Positions 1 through 13,050 of a stretch of DNA of 64,000 bases are shown piece after piece. The stretch's first letter is position 1, and the number at the start of each line of letters is the position of its first letter. This DNA comes from Octopus sinensis (Eukaryota), in the NCBI RefSeq assembly GCF_006345805.1, contig NC_043010.1, positions 34,658,001-34,722,000 on the forward strand, written 5' to 3'. A program made the translations under genes and the position numbers. A model generated the notes under the pieces. It worked only from the letters and a program-made list of their open reading frames with translations. It did not search any database and had not been told where the DNA came from.

Positions 1-547
1 CACTAGGCAGTTCGGTTGATTAAACAACTAGAATATGCTTCAGCGAGCCCATCAAAAATCCATTTATTTTACTTTATATGAAGGAAAATAAAGGACAGAT
101 GAGAAGAGAAAGACAAGGGAATATGAATGTATATTGCACATGAAAAAATTAATTGTAGTCGTAATGGTAGTGGTGGTGTTTGAGGTTTTGGGAGCTCTTC
201 TATTGTGAGATCTTACCCCCTCCACTTTACAGTACTCACTGTTGTCACACTTTGGTTGAGACAACAGTTGGCTTGTCTGTCTGTCTGACGGCAATATGAT
301 CATCATCAACAGCAACAACCACACAATAACGAGCTCCAGTGTTAATTTATGGTTCAATGATTAAATATAGGAATGTGGTGTAGGATTGAGCGATAGGCAT
401 CCAAATAAAAACATAATTGCTCCAGACTAAACCAAACAAACAAAAACACATCACCGCCCATGCCAGAATTGAATAACTTGATGTAAAAGCAGGAGGAACT
501 CTCTTTCCCCTTCTCTCTCTCACACACACACACATACACAAATAAAT

Positions 548-643
<96 letters not shown>
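548..643. repeat. (GATA)n microsatellite
   Basis: Perfect TAGA run read directly. Confidence 0.98.
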
Positions 644-644
<1 letters not shown>

Positions 645-645
645 C

Positions 646-1670
646 GGCTAGCCAAATCTCTCCCCGAAATCTTTCCCTAATGTCTTATAATTAGAAGGAT
701 ATAAATCGTGGTCCCAAATATAGTATTTATGAATTAAAGATTGGATGGTCATGATTAAAATGTCTTTGGATCTTTTCGGTTTGAACGGCTGTTTTTTCTA
801 GCGGTGTCATATGAAATTGTCACCCATAATTATGACCCTAGTATCGATCTATTGCATTTCAATCTGTTTTAGGATTAGGGTTAGTTAGGGTTAGGGGTGG
901 AAGAAGGGTATCTTTTTTTTCTTCAGAAATGTAAATAAACCCAATCTGTTTCTTAAACGAGGGACATATTCATACGGCACAGAATGTTTTCACCTCAAAA
1001 GACGTCATTGATTGGTTGAAATTGCAGAAATTGAAGAAAAACAACAACAAATATCTTACAAGCTATAGAATTTTCTCAATAAAGCCAAGAGAAAAAGATG
1101 TTTTATAAACACATTCTACCAGTATACGAAGTTTAAAAGTGTTTAGTTACGTGGAAATTATTTTTAAAAAACTGCCGTTCAAACCGAAAAGATCCATGTC
1201 TTTGATCATAGGTCTGCTGGATTAGGGCTGACATGGTGGTAAACAGCACAACCAACAAAGCAGTTTCGATGTGGTCCTAGTTTTTGATCACACCCTATCG
1301 TCTTAGAAATGGAAGAACTCATTACATGATGTGGTTCTAAATATACTATATTTGAATGAAAGACAGGGTGGTCATGCATGGTATATCTGTGATCATAATT
1401 TTGTCTGCTCAGTCACAACATCATCATCAACAATAACAAAACAGCAGAGCTAGTGAGAACTCAACGTGGTCATTCGAACTGTTAGAAATAGTAGCCAGAT
1501 TTCCTTCAAATCACACCCTGTCGTCTTAAGAGAAGAAAAGACATTAAATATTATAGTCCTAGAATATACTACGTCACAATAAGAGATGAACTGGTCACGG
1601 CTGGAACGCATTCATCATCAAGTCTGCTCAACTTGCTGACGCAGGGACTAAACATCACCAACATAACCCG
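646..1670 (+). repeat. Three degenerate tandem copies of a ~170-200 bp dispersed repeat (family E) with (AAC)n-like tails; first copy split by a MITE
   Basis: Recurring blocks ...agccaaatct/agccagattt..., tcacaccct.tcgtctta, tggtca.gg/atg, tgatcata..tctgct, then aacaac. Related pieces at ~38425, ~58430 and ~61140. Confidence 0.6.
768..1195. mobile_element. 428-bp MITE, GG-terminal ~30-bp TIRs, perfect 8-bp TSD (Merlin- or hAT-like)
   Basis: TIR GGATCTTTTCGGTTTGAACGGC at 768-789 and its reverse complement ending at 1195; TSD ATGTCTTT at 760-767 and 1196-1203. Confidence 0.9.
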
Positions 1671-1895
1671 GTGCATTCCTAGAACACTATTACAACACCT
1701 TTCTTCAATAAAATCTAATGTTTAACGCTTTTGTCATTCCAATAATTCTTGTATTTCTATTTATTTATTTATTTTGTCATTTACTGGGTTTGGGTGGGAA
1801 TGGCAGTGCCCATTATTTTCACAGGTCCTCTAAGACCGCCGCAGATCGATGCAGTCAATGTTTCGCTTAAACTGTTACTAGTCAACACCATATAG

Positions 1896-2080
1896 CAATG
1901 CACCGCAACCTACTTTCACTTGCGGCACACTTATATTCTTTTCAAAATTCGGCGGCACACTTGAACTAAAAATATAACTAAAAGTATAGGGGAAAAAAAT
2001 TATATTCAGGTTACACTGCGGCACCTAACATCGTCTCTTGGTATACAATTGTGCCGCGGCGTACTAGTTGTGGAGCACTG
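1896..2080. mobile_element. Degenerate hAT/Charlie-like MITE
   Basis: Ends CAATGCACCGCAAC / GTTGTGGAGCACTG (11/14 inverted match); flanks CCATATAG / CCTTATAG (7/8 TSD); internal gtgccgcggc/gcggcacac motifs. Confidence 0.7.
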
Positions 2081-2439
2081 CCTTATAGTAAAACGTGAGC
2101 AAAGTAGGAACACTAAAGCGCCGACGTCTTGATGAGGAAGGAGTGGACAAAGTGACTACTGTGGGGATGACGAATTGGACACGACATGAATGGTAAAAGG
2201 AGGAGAGGCAAGTGATTTGATAGTGCCTGAATGGGGGTGACACGATACTAACCAGCTCCAAAGATGCATGTACCATCATAGTTGCGGTAGACAAAGAGGA
2301 GAGAAAATACAACACTCCAGAGAGCCAGACGATGGAATATCTGAGTAGGATGCAGCTCGGAGTATTTGTTTGCGTCAGCAGCAGCGCCGCTTCTTATGAA
2401 GAAGCGAAACTCTATCGTTGACAAGTGCTGAAGTACTTC

Positions 2440-2650
2440 CTAGTTCTGAATGATCTTTTCTACAAGGCCTGAAATTATTGGGGTGGGGGGTTACTTGATT
2501 TCATCGCCCTCCATGATCACCAGGTACCTATTCTATCAAGCCTGAAAGGATGAAAAGCTAAGTCGACTTCCGTTGAATTTGAACTCAGAACATAAAGCCG
2601 GAAGGAATGTCGCTAAGCATTTTGACCGTCGAGCTAACGATTTTGACAGA
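2440..2650 (-). mobile_element. tRNA-derived SINE, family C (degenerate)
   Basis: Reverse-complement similarity to the copy at 27738-27972 (gagttcaaat B-box, ctttcatcctttc core). Confidence 0.7.
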
Positions 2651-2863
2651 TCGCTGCTTTCTTACATTGTCGCATGAATAGAAATCATTTGCCCTTCACT
2701 GGTCTCCATCTTATCGACTCTGGAATTTATGAATAGCAAAGCCGATTCTAATGAATTCAAAGCAGCGCAGTTAAAAACTGCAAAGCATTTTCTGTCCAAA
2801 TCTTTAACATATCTTGCTCTGGTTTCAGACGAGGTGTAGTAATCACAACTTCCTTATCGAACA

Positions 2864-2893
2864 CGCACGCACGCACGCACGCACGCATGCACA

Positions 2894-2983
<90 letters not shown>
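2864..2983. repeat. (GCAC)n-(CA)n microsatellite
   Basis: Read directly. Confidence 0.97.
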
Positions 2984-2987
<4 letters not shown>

Positions 2988-3675
2988 ATGACATCAGAGC
3001 ACGATTAGAGCTACGAAAATGTCACGACAAATAGGTGTTACGATTAATTCAAATACAAAAATAATATTTGAAGTAATTAAATATTTTAAGTCGCTTATTT
3101 AACTGATAACACATGGCTTGCACACAATTACAACGCAACTTAAATCATGGCATTGTATGAATGTTAAAAGAAATCACGTTTTATTCGATGTTTTAAATAA
3201 AACAATGAAACAAAACAACAACAAAAAAATACTTAAATCGGTCATTTGCAGATGTTTTCCTGTGACTTTTTCCTTATAACTTTTTTCTTGGATTCTCAAG
3301 CACGTACACACACACAGACACACACAGACACACACACACACACACACAAGAGCCTATGTGCATTCGTGCGTATATGAAACAACGTATGTGCGTGTTCAAG
3401 ATTTCACACTCAAGTGGGTTTAATATATGTAAGGTTGTTAATGTACATGTGTGTGTGTGTGTATTTATGCAGCTATAATATGTATGATGTCTATGTAAAT
3501 ATGCATGCATTTATGAATTAAAGATTCGACACCTCTCACTCACAATACCTTAATCACATTTTAGTGATGTTCACTCAAATATAACTGCAGAGCCAGTGTT
3601 CGATGTGTGTGCGTACGTGCACGTTTTTGTGTGTTTAAAGTTTTCACGAGTCAAAATATAGGCACTAATATATTA

Positions 3676-3677
<2 letters not shown>

Positions 3678-3729
<52 letters not shown>
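3678..3729. repeat. (TAA)n microsatellite
   Basis: Read directly. Confidence 0.97.
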
Positions 3730-3730
<1 letters not shown>

Positions 3731-3950
3731 GAATATATTATTATTATTGACATAATATCATAGTCTCTATGTAAGTTATTACCGAATGGTTTCATACCAA
3801 ATATGGAGAGGCAAATTTAGCAATCATCGGACATGACTGAAATCAGCAGTCATGAGACAATAAAAATTACATAAATAATGATCATAATATACCACCCTAT
3901 TGCCTAATGTATGAGTGCCTTTTTCCTGACTCATGAAAATGTGTTGAACA

Positions 3951-3994
<44 letters not shown>

Positions 3995-4307
3995 TAGGAC
4001 AATCCATGTTATATAAATATTATATTTCTATTTTGGTGAATAATTATAAATCTTCACAATCCAATGTTTCATAATGTCTTCGATTTTGTTGTAAATTCGA
4101 AGTTGTCCCATTATGTTATGCTTTCAGCCAGCTTTCAGTATGGAACGAAATGAATGACATAATTGAAATGTTAATCGTGATAAAATAAGATCGAGAGTCA
4201 TTCTTTCAACAATATCAACTATTTCAGTTAACGTTATCGATTCCGTTCCATAGTTTTAACACTCGAACGTATACCGTGATAAGCAGAATAATATTACAAA
4301 TACACGT

Positions 4308-4489
4308 GTGTGTGTGTGTGTATGTGTACATCCATCCATACATATAAACATACATACACAAACACACACATGTATGCATGTATGTATGTATGTATGTATG
4401 TATGTATGTATGTATGTATGTGTATGTATATATATATATGTATGTATGTATATATATATATGTATATACGTATATATGTATATATATAT

Positions 4490-4536
<47 letters not shown>

Positions 4537-4656
4537 TATATATATATAATAATGCCTTTACTGTTATGTAATGGTGTAATAAAGTATTGATTGGGTATCA
4601 TCTGTTGGTTGATGTTTGATTGATTTAAGTATGTTTCTCCATTTTCTAATTTTGTA

Positions 4657-4710
<54 letters not shown>

Positions 4711-4718
4711 TATATATA
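4308..4718. repeat. Compound (TG)n/(TATG)n/(TA)n microsatellite cluster
   Basis: Read directly; explains the YI/CV/HT-repeat ORFs. Confidence 0.95.
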
Positions 4719-5568
4719 GTGTATATAACTCCAAGAACGTATTTGCGTAAAGAGGTACGAAGTAATTAACCAATAGCAAGGCGTCAATGTGTGGACACGA
4801 GACCGGAAATTCTTTGAAATTATTTTTATTCTTGCACAGTTCTTGCCGTTTCCTCTCCTTCCAGTTCCGAATACAATGTCTGCCATATGTAACACATCAC
4901 AAGTAAAACAAAATTAACGGAACAACAACTAAAAAAGGGAAAATAAAAACACGTTTTCAAGGCAACAATTATGGAATACAAGTGGAATTTTTGTATGGAT
5001 ATTGGTCTGGAAAGCGACACTCGTTTGTGCAGTAATGAAACCTAATTAAAATGGTTGGAGCGTTAAGTTCTAATGATTAATTTTCATATATTTACGAATC
5101 CACCCAATTACTGTTGTTTAATAATTAAATGATGATTTTAGCCTTGGATTAACTGAAAGCAAAACACGTTAGGCTATACTTCTAATTAGCTACAAATATA
5201 TTTTTTTCTCTCTATTCTAAATAGCTTATGTAGATAGATATATGAAATAGCAAACTCAATTACTGGATAATTTCAAATTGACATATTTTCACTGTAAAGA
5301 AGATAAAAAGGAACTAAACAAGCATAGATGGATGGGTGAATGAAATCGACACCAGTAAATTACTGATTGTTGTTCTTGTTGAGTCCCAAGTCAGCTGTTA
5401 TTGAGTAGATCTACGATCAAAGACGTTCTATCTATCTTTATTCATACATCATTTTTGTCCGTCGGAGTGATGATGATCATCTAGTCATCGTTAAGGATGA
5501 CTGATGACTTGCGTGGTGACTCTGTTTAAAATAAAGAGTTGCACACCGTCAACCTCATTCTCTTGTCC

Positions 5569-5609
<41 letters not shown>

Positions 5610-5691
5610 AAGGCGGCTTGGTCTTGTCATATTCAGTCCAGTGGCAAGGCCAGATCAAGACGACAGAGGATGAAGACGGATGTAGTGGATG

Positions 5692-5839
5692 CACTAGCGT
5701 AGCTAGAGTGTGTCCCGCTTGTGACAGCTCTTCCATTTGCTGCCCCCAGACCCCACAAAAACACATATTGCCTACAGCAGACCCTAAAGTGCCACTCCTT
5801 TAAAAGTGCCGCCCGGGGTGGACCCCTGCTACGCTGGTG
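5692..5839. mobile_element. 148-bp hAT-like MITE
   Basis: Ends CACTAGCGTAGC / GCTACGCTGGTG (11/12 inverted); flanks AGTGGATG / AGTGGATA (7/8). Confidence 0.7.
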
Positions 5840-6019
5840 AGTGGATAACCAAAGTGTTGTACTCGGCTCATCTCGATATTGTTGAATTTCTTCCGATCTG
5901 ATGATCTAATAGCGCAACTCAATCTATGCTGTTGACAGTACTTTAGTTAAAGTTACGGCTTTAAATCTGCCAAGAGTTACTTCTTTTCTGTATTTCCCAT
6001 TGATGACAGTTAAAGACGT

Positions 6020-6232
6020 AGAAACGCTGCATATGGGGATTCCGACAGGGGGCGACAATGGGCAGATATTCATCTGAACAAGGTGTCCTGGTTAACGTAA
6101 ACGGGGCTTGTGCACCGTCATCTCAATGCTCAAGACGTCGGCTCTCAGGACCTCTGTGTCTGGAGTCCATAAAGAGCAGCCAACATTCAGAATGTGTCTC
6201 AAGCATCTCTGATTGAAGTGTTCAAGAACCCA
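6020..6232 (-). mobile_element. RTE (BovB-like) LINE fragment, post-RT region
   Basis: Translation LEHFNQRCLRHILNV...PDTEVLRADVLSIE...LR*PGHLVQM matches the RTE pattern LxxFHQRCLRxIL...EVL...SIE...LRWxGHVxRM. Confidence 0.8.
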
Positions 6233-6401
6233 TTTTTCTTTCTCTCTTTTCCTTGCACACACACACTTTTTAATTAGCCGTGTACCGTGCGTATGTACTG
6301 ACGTCGCTCTTTTAGCTATGTTTGACATGAATCATTTACAGCCGTCATGTAAATGCCTTTGAACACTTCCATTATATCTCTCTCTCTCTTCTCTCTCTCT
6401 C

Positions 6402-6449
<48 letters not shown>

Positions 6450-6574
6450 CACACATACAGACACATATATGTATATATATATACCCCTCCCTCTCCCCCT
6501 CTCTCTGTATATATATATATATATATCAGAATAAAATTTGCTCTCGTATATACCTACTCTACGGGTAAGTATAT

Positions 6575-6760
6575 TAATCAAAGTATACAGTATTATAGAT
6601 CCATTTCAGATGATCTTACCAATCGGTTTTGCACTAAATGTTAGATTACCAGATATTAGATAACCGCATTATTATCAAATATCCGTTTATCTAATAGCCA
6701 ACGTGGAACTGATTCGTAAGATCAGCTGAAATGGAGCTGTAATACTGTATACTTTGATTA
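6575..6760. mobile_element. ~186-bp foldback MITE with ~45-52 bp TIRs
   Basis: taatcaaagtatacagtattatagatccatttcagatgatcttac matches the reverse complement of the right end with 3 mismatches. Confidence 0.8.
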
Positions 6761-7084
6761 AAACATAAACATACATATACATTTATACACACATACAGAC
6801 GCATATGTATTTACGTATGCATATATAATATACATATATATGTTTGTGTATGTATGCATGCATGTATATAAAATAAACGCGCGCACACACATGCATACAT
6901 ACATCATACATACATGCCGAAATTGCGAGGATGATCCGGTTCTTGACTGAAGATTGAAGGCTTCGAATGTCCCGTCCGTGTTTTTTGTATCGTCTTCTAA
7001 ATGCTTTGCATTCTTGTCCCAGTTGGTATTTTTTTACATATACATATATATATAAAATACAAAATGGGACCACTTCTCTTATAT

Positions 7085-7151
<67 letters not shown>

Positions 7152-7554
7152 TAATCCAAACAAGAAAGCACAACAACGCGAGACATTACATACATACATA
7201 AAGATATATGTATGAATGTATGTTTGTAAATACACACTCGCTTGTATATAAATACACAGATAGGCTTATGCGGATTCACTTGTTTGTAACCTCATTGGCG
7301 ATTACACACATGAACATAGAGATTCACTTGTATAGATACTCTCATAAAAAAGAACACACACACACATACAGTGTACTGTTATGTACTGGTAAGATCAACA
7401 ACATAAAAGTACTCCATCTGGTAAGAGATAATATTATTTAATTAACACAATAAATGTTTTTATGTGCTATTAGTTTCAGTATTTTTTAAAACACGTCTGG
7501 TGACCCCAGACTGTCTGAGATGGTTTTATCGCATGCAACTAAGTGACACATAAA

Positions 7555-7812
7555 AACATTTTTTTTTTGTTCCTTCTCGAGCCACGCGTATAGGTTCCCC
7601 ATCTGGACGAGACGCCGATCTGTCGCAGGTGAGCTGCAAGAGTGAGAGAAATTTGTAGCGAGTCAGCATAATTTCACCATTACCTTCTGCCGGAGCCGCG
7701 TGGAGCTTAGGTGTTTCGCTCATAAACACACATATCGCCCAGTCTGAGATTCGAACCCGCGATACCTCGACCGCAAGTTTGCTGCTCTAACCACTAGGCC
7801 ATGTGCCTCCAC
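7555..7812 (-). mobile_element. tRNA-derived SINE, family B, CpG intact
   Basis: Minus strand GTGGAGGCACATGGCCTAGTGGTTAG (A box) ... GGTTCGAATC (B box), then core and A-rich tail. Confidence 0.85.
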
Positions 7813-9185
7813 ATAAAAACAGTTTTTATTAAATAATACACACACACACACATACATATTCGGTCAACACTCTTAGCAGTAGAATTCTGCGTTCTTCAAT
7901 GTACAAGAACAATGCACATTTTTCGATTACCACGGCTTGGCGGCAGAACAGAAGCCTGTTTCCCATCTAGAATATTGTCCCGTCATTCAAACATGTACTA
8001 GCGACAAGAAGAAAATATATTCCCATTCTGTATTTTGTATGGAATAAAACAATTTGTACCAATTTATTTTGTGTTTCGTCTTCTACATTGACAGACTCTG
8101 CTTTTATTTCATTTTTCATATATCATAACCCCAGCCAAAGAGAGACATGAATGTTGCGAATAATGTTGAATTTATTCTTAACTGAGCATAAGGTTTCTAT
8201 ATAATTAGATTGACCGCAATACTCACCTGGTACTTATTTTATCGACCATGGAAAGAAAAATGTCAAGTCGACCCAGGAGGGATTTGAATTCAGAATGCAA
8301 GGAATTGTAACTAAATTCAGCATCCACAGCATGACAGGAACAATCTCCTCATCCACAGCATGACAAGAAGATAACTTTCTCCTCCACCTTAGCTGAATAA
8401 ACAGGATAAAGAAGATAGGTGATAGAGAAAGTAAATCATTTTAACTACGTAAACCGCACGATTTGCCGCCAGCACAATATCTATCCGTATACTAGTTAAA
8501 ATAATTATTGATCTTTCACACCGGCATAAGGAAATCAATTTCTGAAAAAGAGTCGGGGTATGAATTGATGGATGTTACGACTAGAGAACATGTCTACTAT
8601 TTAGTTAATCATCCATTGAAGGATAAATAACAAAACTAATCTCAACAAGGTTTGAACTCAGAATATAAAGGGACGTAACTTAATACAATACAGCTTTAGT
8701 GAGACGTTCTACTGTTTACCGACTGGTTAAATTATTTATTGCAGGGTATTGCAATATGCTGAGTCATTCATTTGTAATTGCTTCTGTAGTTCAGAAAAAA
8801 AAAATCCCCAACTTGTGACTAATTCAAGAAATGGAATATATATATACAAATGTCTACATGCTTATACATATATACATGCATACATACATGCAGGCATACA
8901 TACGTACTACGTACATACATACAGGTAAACAGGCAGATAAAAAATCCCCAACTTGTGACTAATTTAAGAAATTGAATACATATATATATATATATGCCTA
9001 CATGTTTATACATATATACATGCATGCATACATGCATACCTACATGCATGTATACATACATACATGCATACATACATACGTACGTACATACATGCATACA
9101 GGTAGACAGGCAGATAGACAAAAAGATAGGTAGATAAACAGACAGACAGATAGACAGACAAAAAGATAGATAGATAGATAGATAG

Positions 9186-9247
<62 letters not shown>

Positions 9248-9257
9248 GTATGTATGT

Positions 9258-9640
9258 ATCTTTTATCTTTTGTTTCAGTCATTAGACTGCGGCCATGCTC
9301 GGGCACAGCTACGAAGGGTTTTAGTCAATGAATCGATCCCAGTGCTAATTCTATCGATCTCTTTTTGCCAAACCGCAAGATTACGAGGAAGTATAGAAAC
9401 CAACACCGGCTGTCAAGCAGCAGTGGGAGACAAGCATAGATATTATACGTGTGTATAATATATATATATATGACGGGTTTCCTTAGGTTTTCCTTCTACC
9501 AAATCCACTCACACGGCTTTTGTCAGCTCGGGGCTATAGTAGAAGACACTTGCCTAATGTGCCACGCGGTGGGACTGAACGTGCAACCATATAGTTGGGA
9601 AGCAAGCTTCTTATCACAACAGCTACAGCCATACCGGCAC
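9258..9640 (-). mobile_element. tRNA-derived SINE, family A (internal TA/TG microsatellite)
   Basis: Homologous to copies at 43900, 44505, 52768, 54267 and 62965. Confidence 0.85.
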
Positions 9641-9717
9641 ACGCGCGTGCACACACACATACACACATGCACGTACGCACAACTACACATACATATACAC
9701 ACACATATAGTGGTTAC

Positions 9718-9855
9718 CAGGGGCCAACTGAGAGTATTAAAGGCCCTCGGGCCCTTAGCGTTGATATCAGTAGAGTTAACGTGTAGAGTGCAGGCTCCTC
9801 GGAGCTCCGGGCCCTCGAGCAGTGTTCGATTGACCGACGGCTCAGTCCGCCCCTG
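9718..9855. mobile_element. 138-bp hAT-like MITE with perfect 8-bp TSD
   Basis: Ends CAGGGCCAACTGAG / CTCAGTCCGCCCCTG; TSD GTGGTTAC at 9710-9717 and 9856-9863. Confidence 0.85.
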
Positions 9856-10124
9856 GTGGTTACATATGTAACCACTATATGAATATATTTTAAATAAATA
9901 CATATAAAGATATAGGCATATTGTATTATAGTATGTTACATAATCAGCCGAAATTGCTAAGATGATCTGGTTCTTGACTGATGACTGAGGGCTTCGAATG
10001 TCCCGTCTGTGGTTCTTGTGTCGTCTCTGTGGTGTTTCATGTTCTTGTCCATGTCTGTAATTATTTAATGTTTACCTATATATATATAATATATATTAAT
10101 ATATATAATATATATATATATATA

Positions 10125-10517
10125 TCTTTATATATAAAAGTGAAGTTGTGTGTCTGTCTCCTACGATTTAGATTCCTAACTACTCCCACATTTTGCGGTG
10201 CAGAGTTTAACCAAAACCGGGTATCTTATAGTCGTGATTCATATCGAGCCCTTCTGGGTATTAGCGCAGTCTACGATGAGTCTACGATTTAAAAAAAAAT
10301 TTACCATAATTTTTTTCCATTTTAATGCATTTTTCGCTATTATATAAGGGAAGTAACTCTCTAAAAATGTCTACGATGAGTCAACGATTTAAAAAAAAAT
10401 TTCCATCATTTTTTCCATTTTTATGCATTTTTTTGCTATTTTTTGGCTATAACTCTCTAAAAATGCCTATATAGTTATTTCCCTTACAAATCCGAGCAAC
10501 GCCGGGCGATACTGCTA

Positions 10518-10518
<1 letters not shown>
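10125..10518 (+). mobile_element. Non-autonomous Helitron-like element (~394 bp)
   Basis: A|TC...CTAG|T boundaries; subterminal CCGAGCAACGCCGGG; internal ~90-bp tandem duplication (gtctacgatgagtc...). Confidence 0.85.
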
Positions 10519-10548
<30 letters not shown>

Positions 10549-11759
10549 TATATATATATTATATAGATAATAATATATGATGTATACATTAGACATATAT
10601 ATGCCTATGGTACATCACACGCATACGTGCATATACCCACTTGACGCACCCCAATGACGCTTTTAATCTATAATCTGAACCGGATAAAGCTTCATGAATT
10701 AATGTTTATCTTAAATAATAAGTCGCAATATCTGTAACGGCGACATTAACAACTAAACCATCTGAAACTGATACCCTGCTGTGCATAAGAAACTGAAAGT
10801 AATAATTGTTTTCTTAGAAACGTACTGTCTCGAAAATGCCAGAAAGGAATACATTTATCGGTTCTGCGTTTTCACTTTAAGAAAAATTGGTTGTTTTTGT
10901 GATACGGCATAATGAACATTTTGGATGAGTTTCAGAATATTCTTTCTCAGTTGTCCGCGTATTGCTACGTTGCGGACATACGAATAGTTACATGTGTGTG
11001 TATGTTGTGTGTGTGTGCGGTGTGTGTGTGTGTGTGTGTGTGTGTTGTGTGTGTGAGTGTGTGCGTGCACGCGCGTGTCTGTAAGAGGCGGGGTCAACCG
11101 GTATATTGGTCTAGGTCCGTGAGCGCCAAGGAAGTGCCCATAACTAACCGTGACACACACACACACACACACATACACACATCCTTATGGCCACCTTCAC
11201 TTTTGAGGGTACTCTGATCCGTGGGGTGGGGTTCGAAAGGTGTCTTGTTGCGCCGTGCCAAATTTCGCTGGTCGGTCCTACATACATGCACACGTTCATT
11301 CATTCATACATACATACATACATACATACATACATACATACATACATACATACATACAGAGATAGATAGACTGAGCGATATATAGACAGGTAGATTAACA
11401 ATAATAAATGAAATACATGAGAACATCTACATACATATATACATTATACCGATTTACACATTTCATATACAAGCACTCACGGTATAAAGTAAACAATTCA
11501 ATAGAACGAATATCAATTTTATTGTGAGTGTTGGGATGTTCAATACCACTCGGAGATTAGTGGTGGATTTTCTGTCGCATTCGACAATGAACATACAGTT
11601 GCATAATTCCACAGAGTAGAATTAAAACGGGGAGCGGCCGAGTAATTCTAGAAACACGTGTTCTCTAGACGCAGTTCTTCTTGTTATAGAATGTGACGAC
11701 AAAGCTGTACTTCCGAATCGAAGAAATACAATTCAAAGAGAGAAAAGTTGGGAAAGAAG

Positions 11760-11927
11760 AAGGAGGAGAAGAGAAGAAGAAGAAGAAGAAGAAGAAGAAG
11801 AAGAAGAAGAAGAAGAAGAAGAAGAAGACGAAGAAGAAGAAGAAGAAACAACAACAACAACAACAAACAACAACAACAACAACAACAACAAGAACAAGAA
11901 CAAGAACAACAACAGGAGGAGGAGGAG
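11760..11927. repeat. Compound (GAA)n-(CAA)n-(GGA)n trinucleotide tract
   Basis: Read directly; source of the poly-K/R/Q/E ORFs. Confidence 0.95.
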
Positions 11928-12269
11928 TTGGAATCGAGCCCAATGTTCCAGGAGTACGAAAGGATGAAAAGCCAAAACTGTGATCGGCGAGATTTGAACC
12001 CACAAATATATGTATATAAATATCTGTGCGTGTGTGTGTGTGTGTAATATATGCATATATATTCGCGGGTGTATGCATAAGATAGATGTATTATCACTAT
12101 AATTCATATTTTTTTTTATTGTTCGAAGACACATTGCGCCAAAAGTAAGCAATGTGCACGTTACCCACATGCAGAAATCAAGAACCGCACACACACACAC
12201 ACACACACATTACAAAACCGTACATGTGTGTTTGACAAGTTCATGCACGAAACTCAATATCGGAGTTTG

Positions 12270-12332
12270 TTGTTGATTATATTATATATATATATATATA
12301 TTATATATATCATATATATATATTATATAATA

Positions 12333-12363
<31 letters not shown>

Positions 12364-12571
12364 TGGCTAAACTGGCAATATGACCATTCGAAAAATATAA
12401 CAATATATATATAATATATATATATGTATATATGTATCTATGTATGTATGTTGTATATACAAAGATATATATATGTATTAATATGTGTGTGTATGTTAGA
12501 TATATGTGTGTAATATATATATATATATGTATATATATAAAATACTATATATATATATGTGGGTTTGTATG

Positions 12572-12619
<48 letters not shown>

Positions 12620-13016
12620 ATGTAGTATGTATTATATATATATTATATATATTATATATAATATTATATAATATATATATATATTAGATATATATATATA
12701 TACATATCTGTGTGTGTGTGTGTGATAAGAAAGAAGAGAGCGAAAGAAAACGAAAATTGAGAAAAGGGAGAAACTGCAAATATATATGCTAATACACAAT
12801 AAATAAATATAAAGAAATAATTATTGATAAGCTCCACAAACCTGCTATATCGAATGTGTTAGAATCTGTGATATAATGAAGAATGAATACCAGAACTGGC
12901 GAGTATTTGACAGTTGTTAGTAAAAACCATGCCTTGAATAAAGAAAGATAATTCTATTGGGTTACTGACTAATACAAGTTGTCTACACACACACACACAC
13001 ACACACGCAACACACG

Positions 13017-13050
<34 letters not shown>

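Noticed and set aside
869-897. Telomere or chromosome end
   Set aside because: Only a few imperfect TTAGGG units, internal to a MITE.
2760-2860. Protein-like peptide DKEVVITTPRLKPEQDMLKIWTENALQFLTALL on minus
   Set aside because: No credible acceptor, no recognisable domain, and it lies in the CpG-retaining, presumably intergenic part.
7740-7812. tRNA genes at A/B-box sequences (also 18867, 27742, 43900, 52768)
   Set aside because: No complete cloverleaf; each continues into a multi-copy SINE body.
9965-10010. CTGATGA...CGAATGTC hammerhead-like motif (also ~6945-6980)
   Set aside because: Lacks GAAA and stem III, and stem I does not pair; at most a remnant.
11647-11669. TCTAGA-AACACGTGTT-C-TCTAGA dyad (E-box / heat-shock-like)
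   Set aside because: Too short to separate from chance without conservation or chromatin data.
11665-12206. Poly-K/R/Q/E and poly-L/S/F ORFs
   Set aside because: Pure GAA/CAA tracts open in several frames on both strands, with no donor site or domain.
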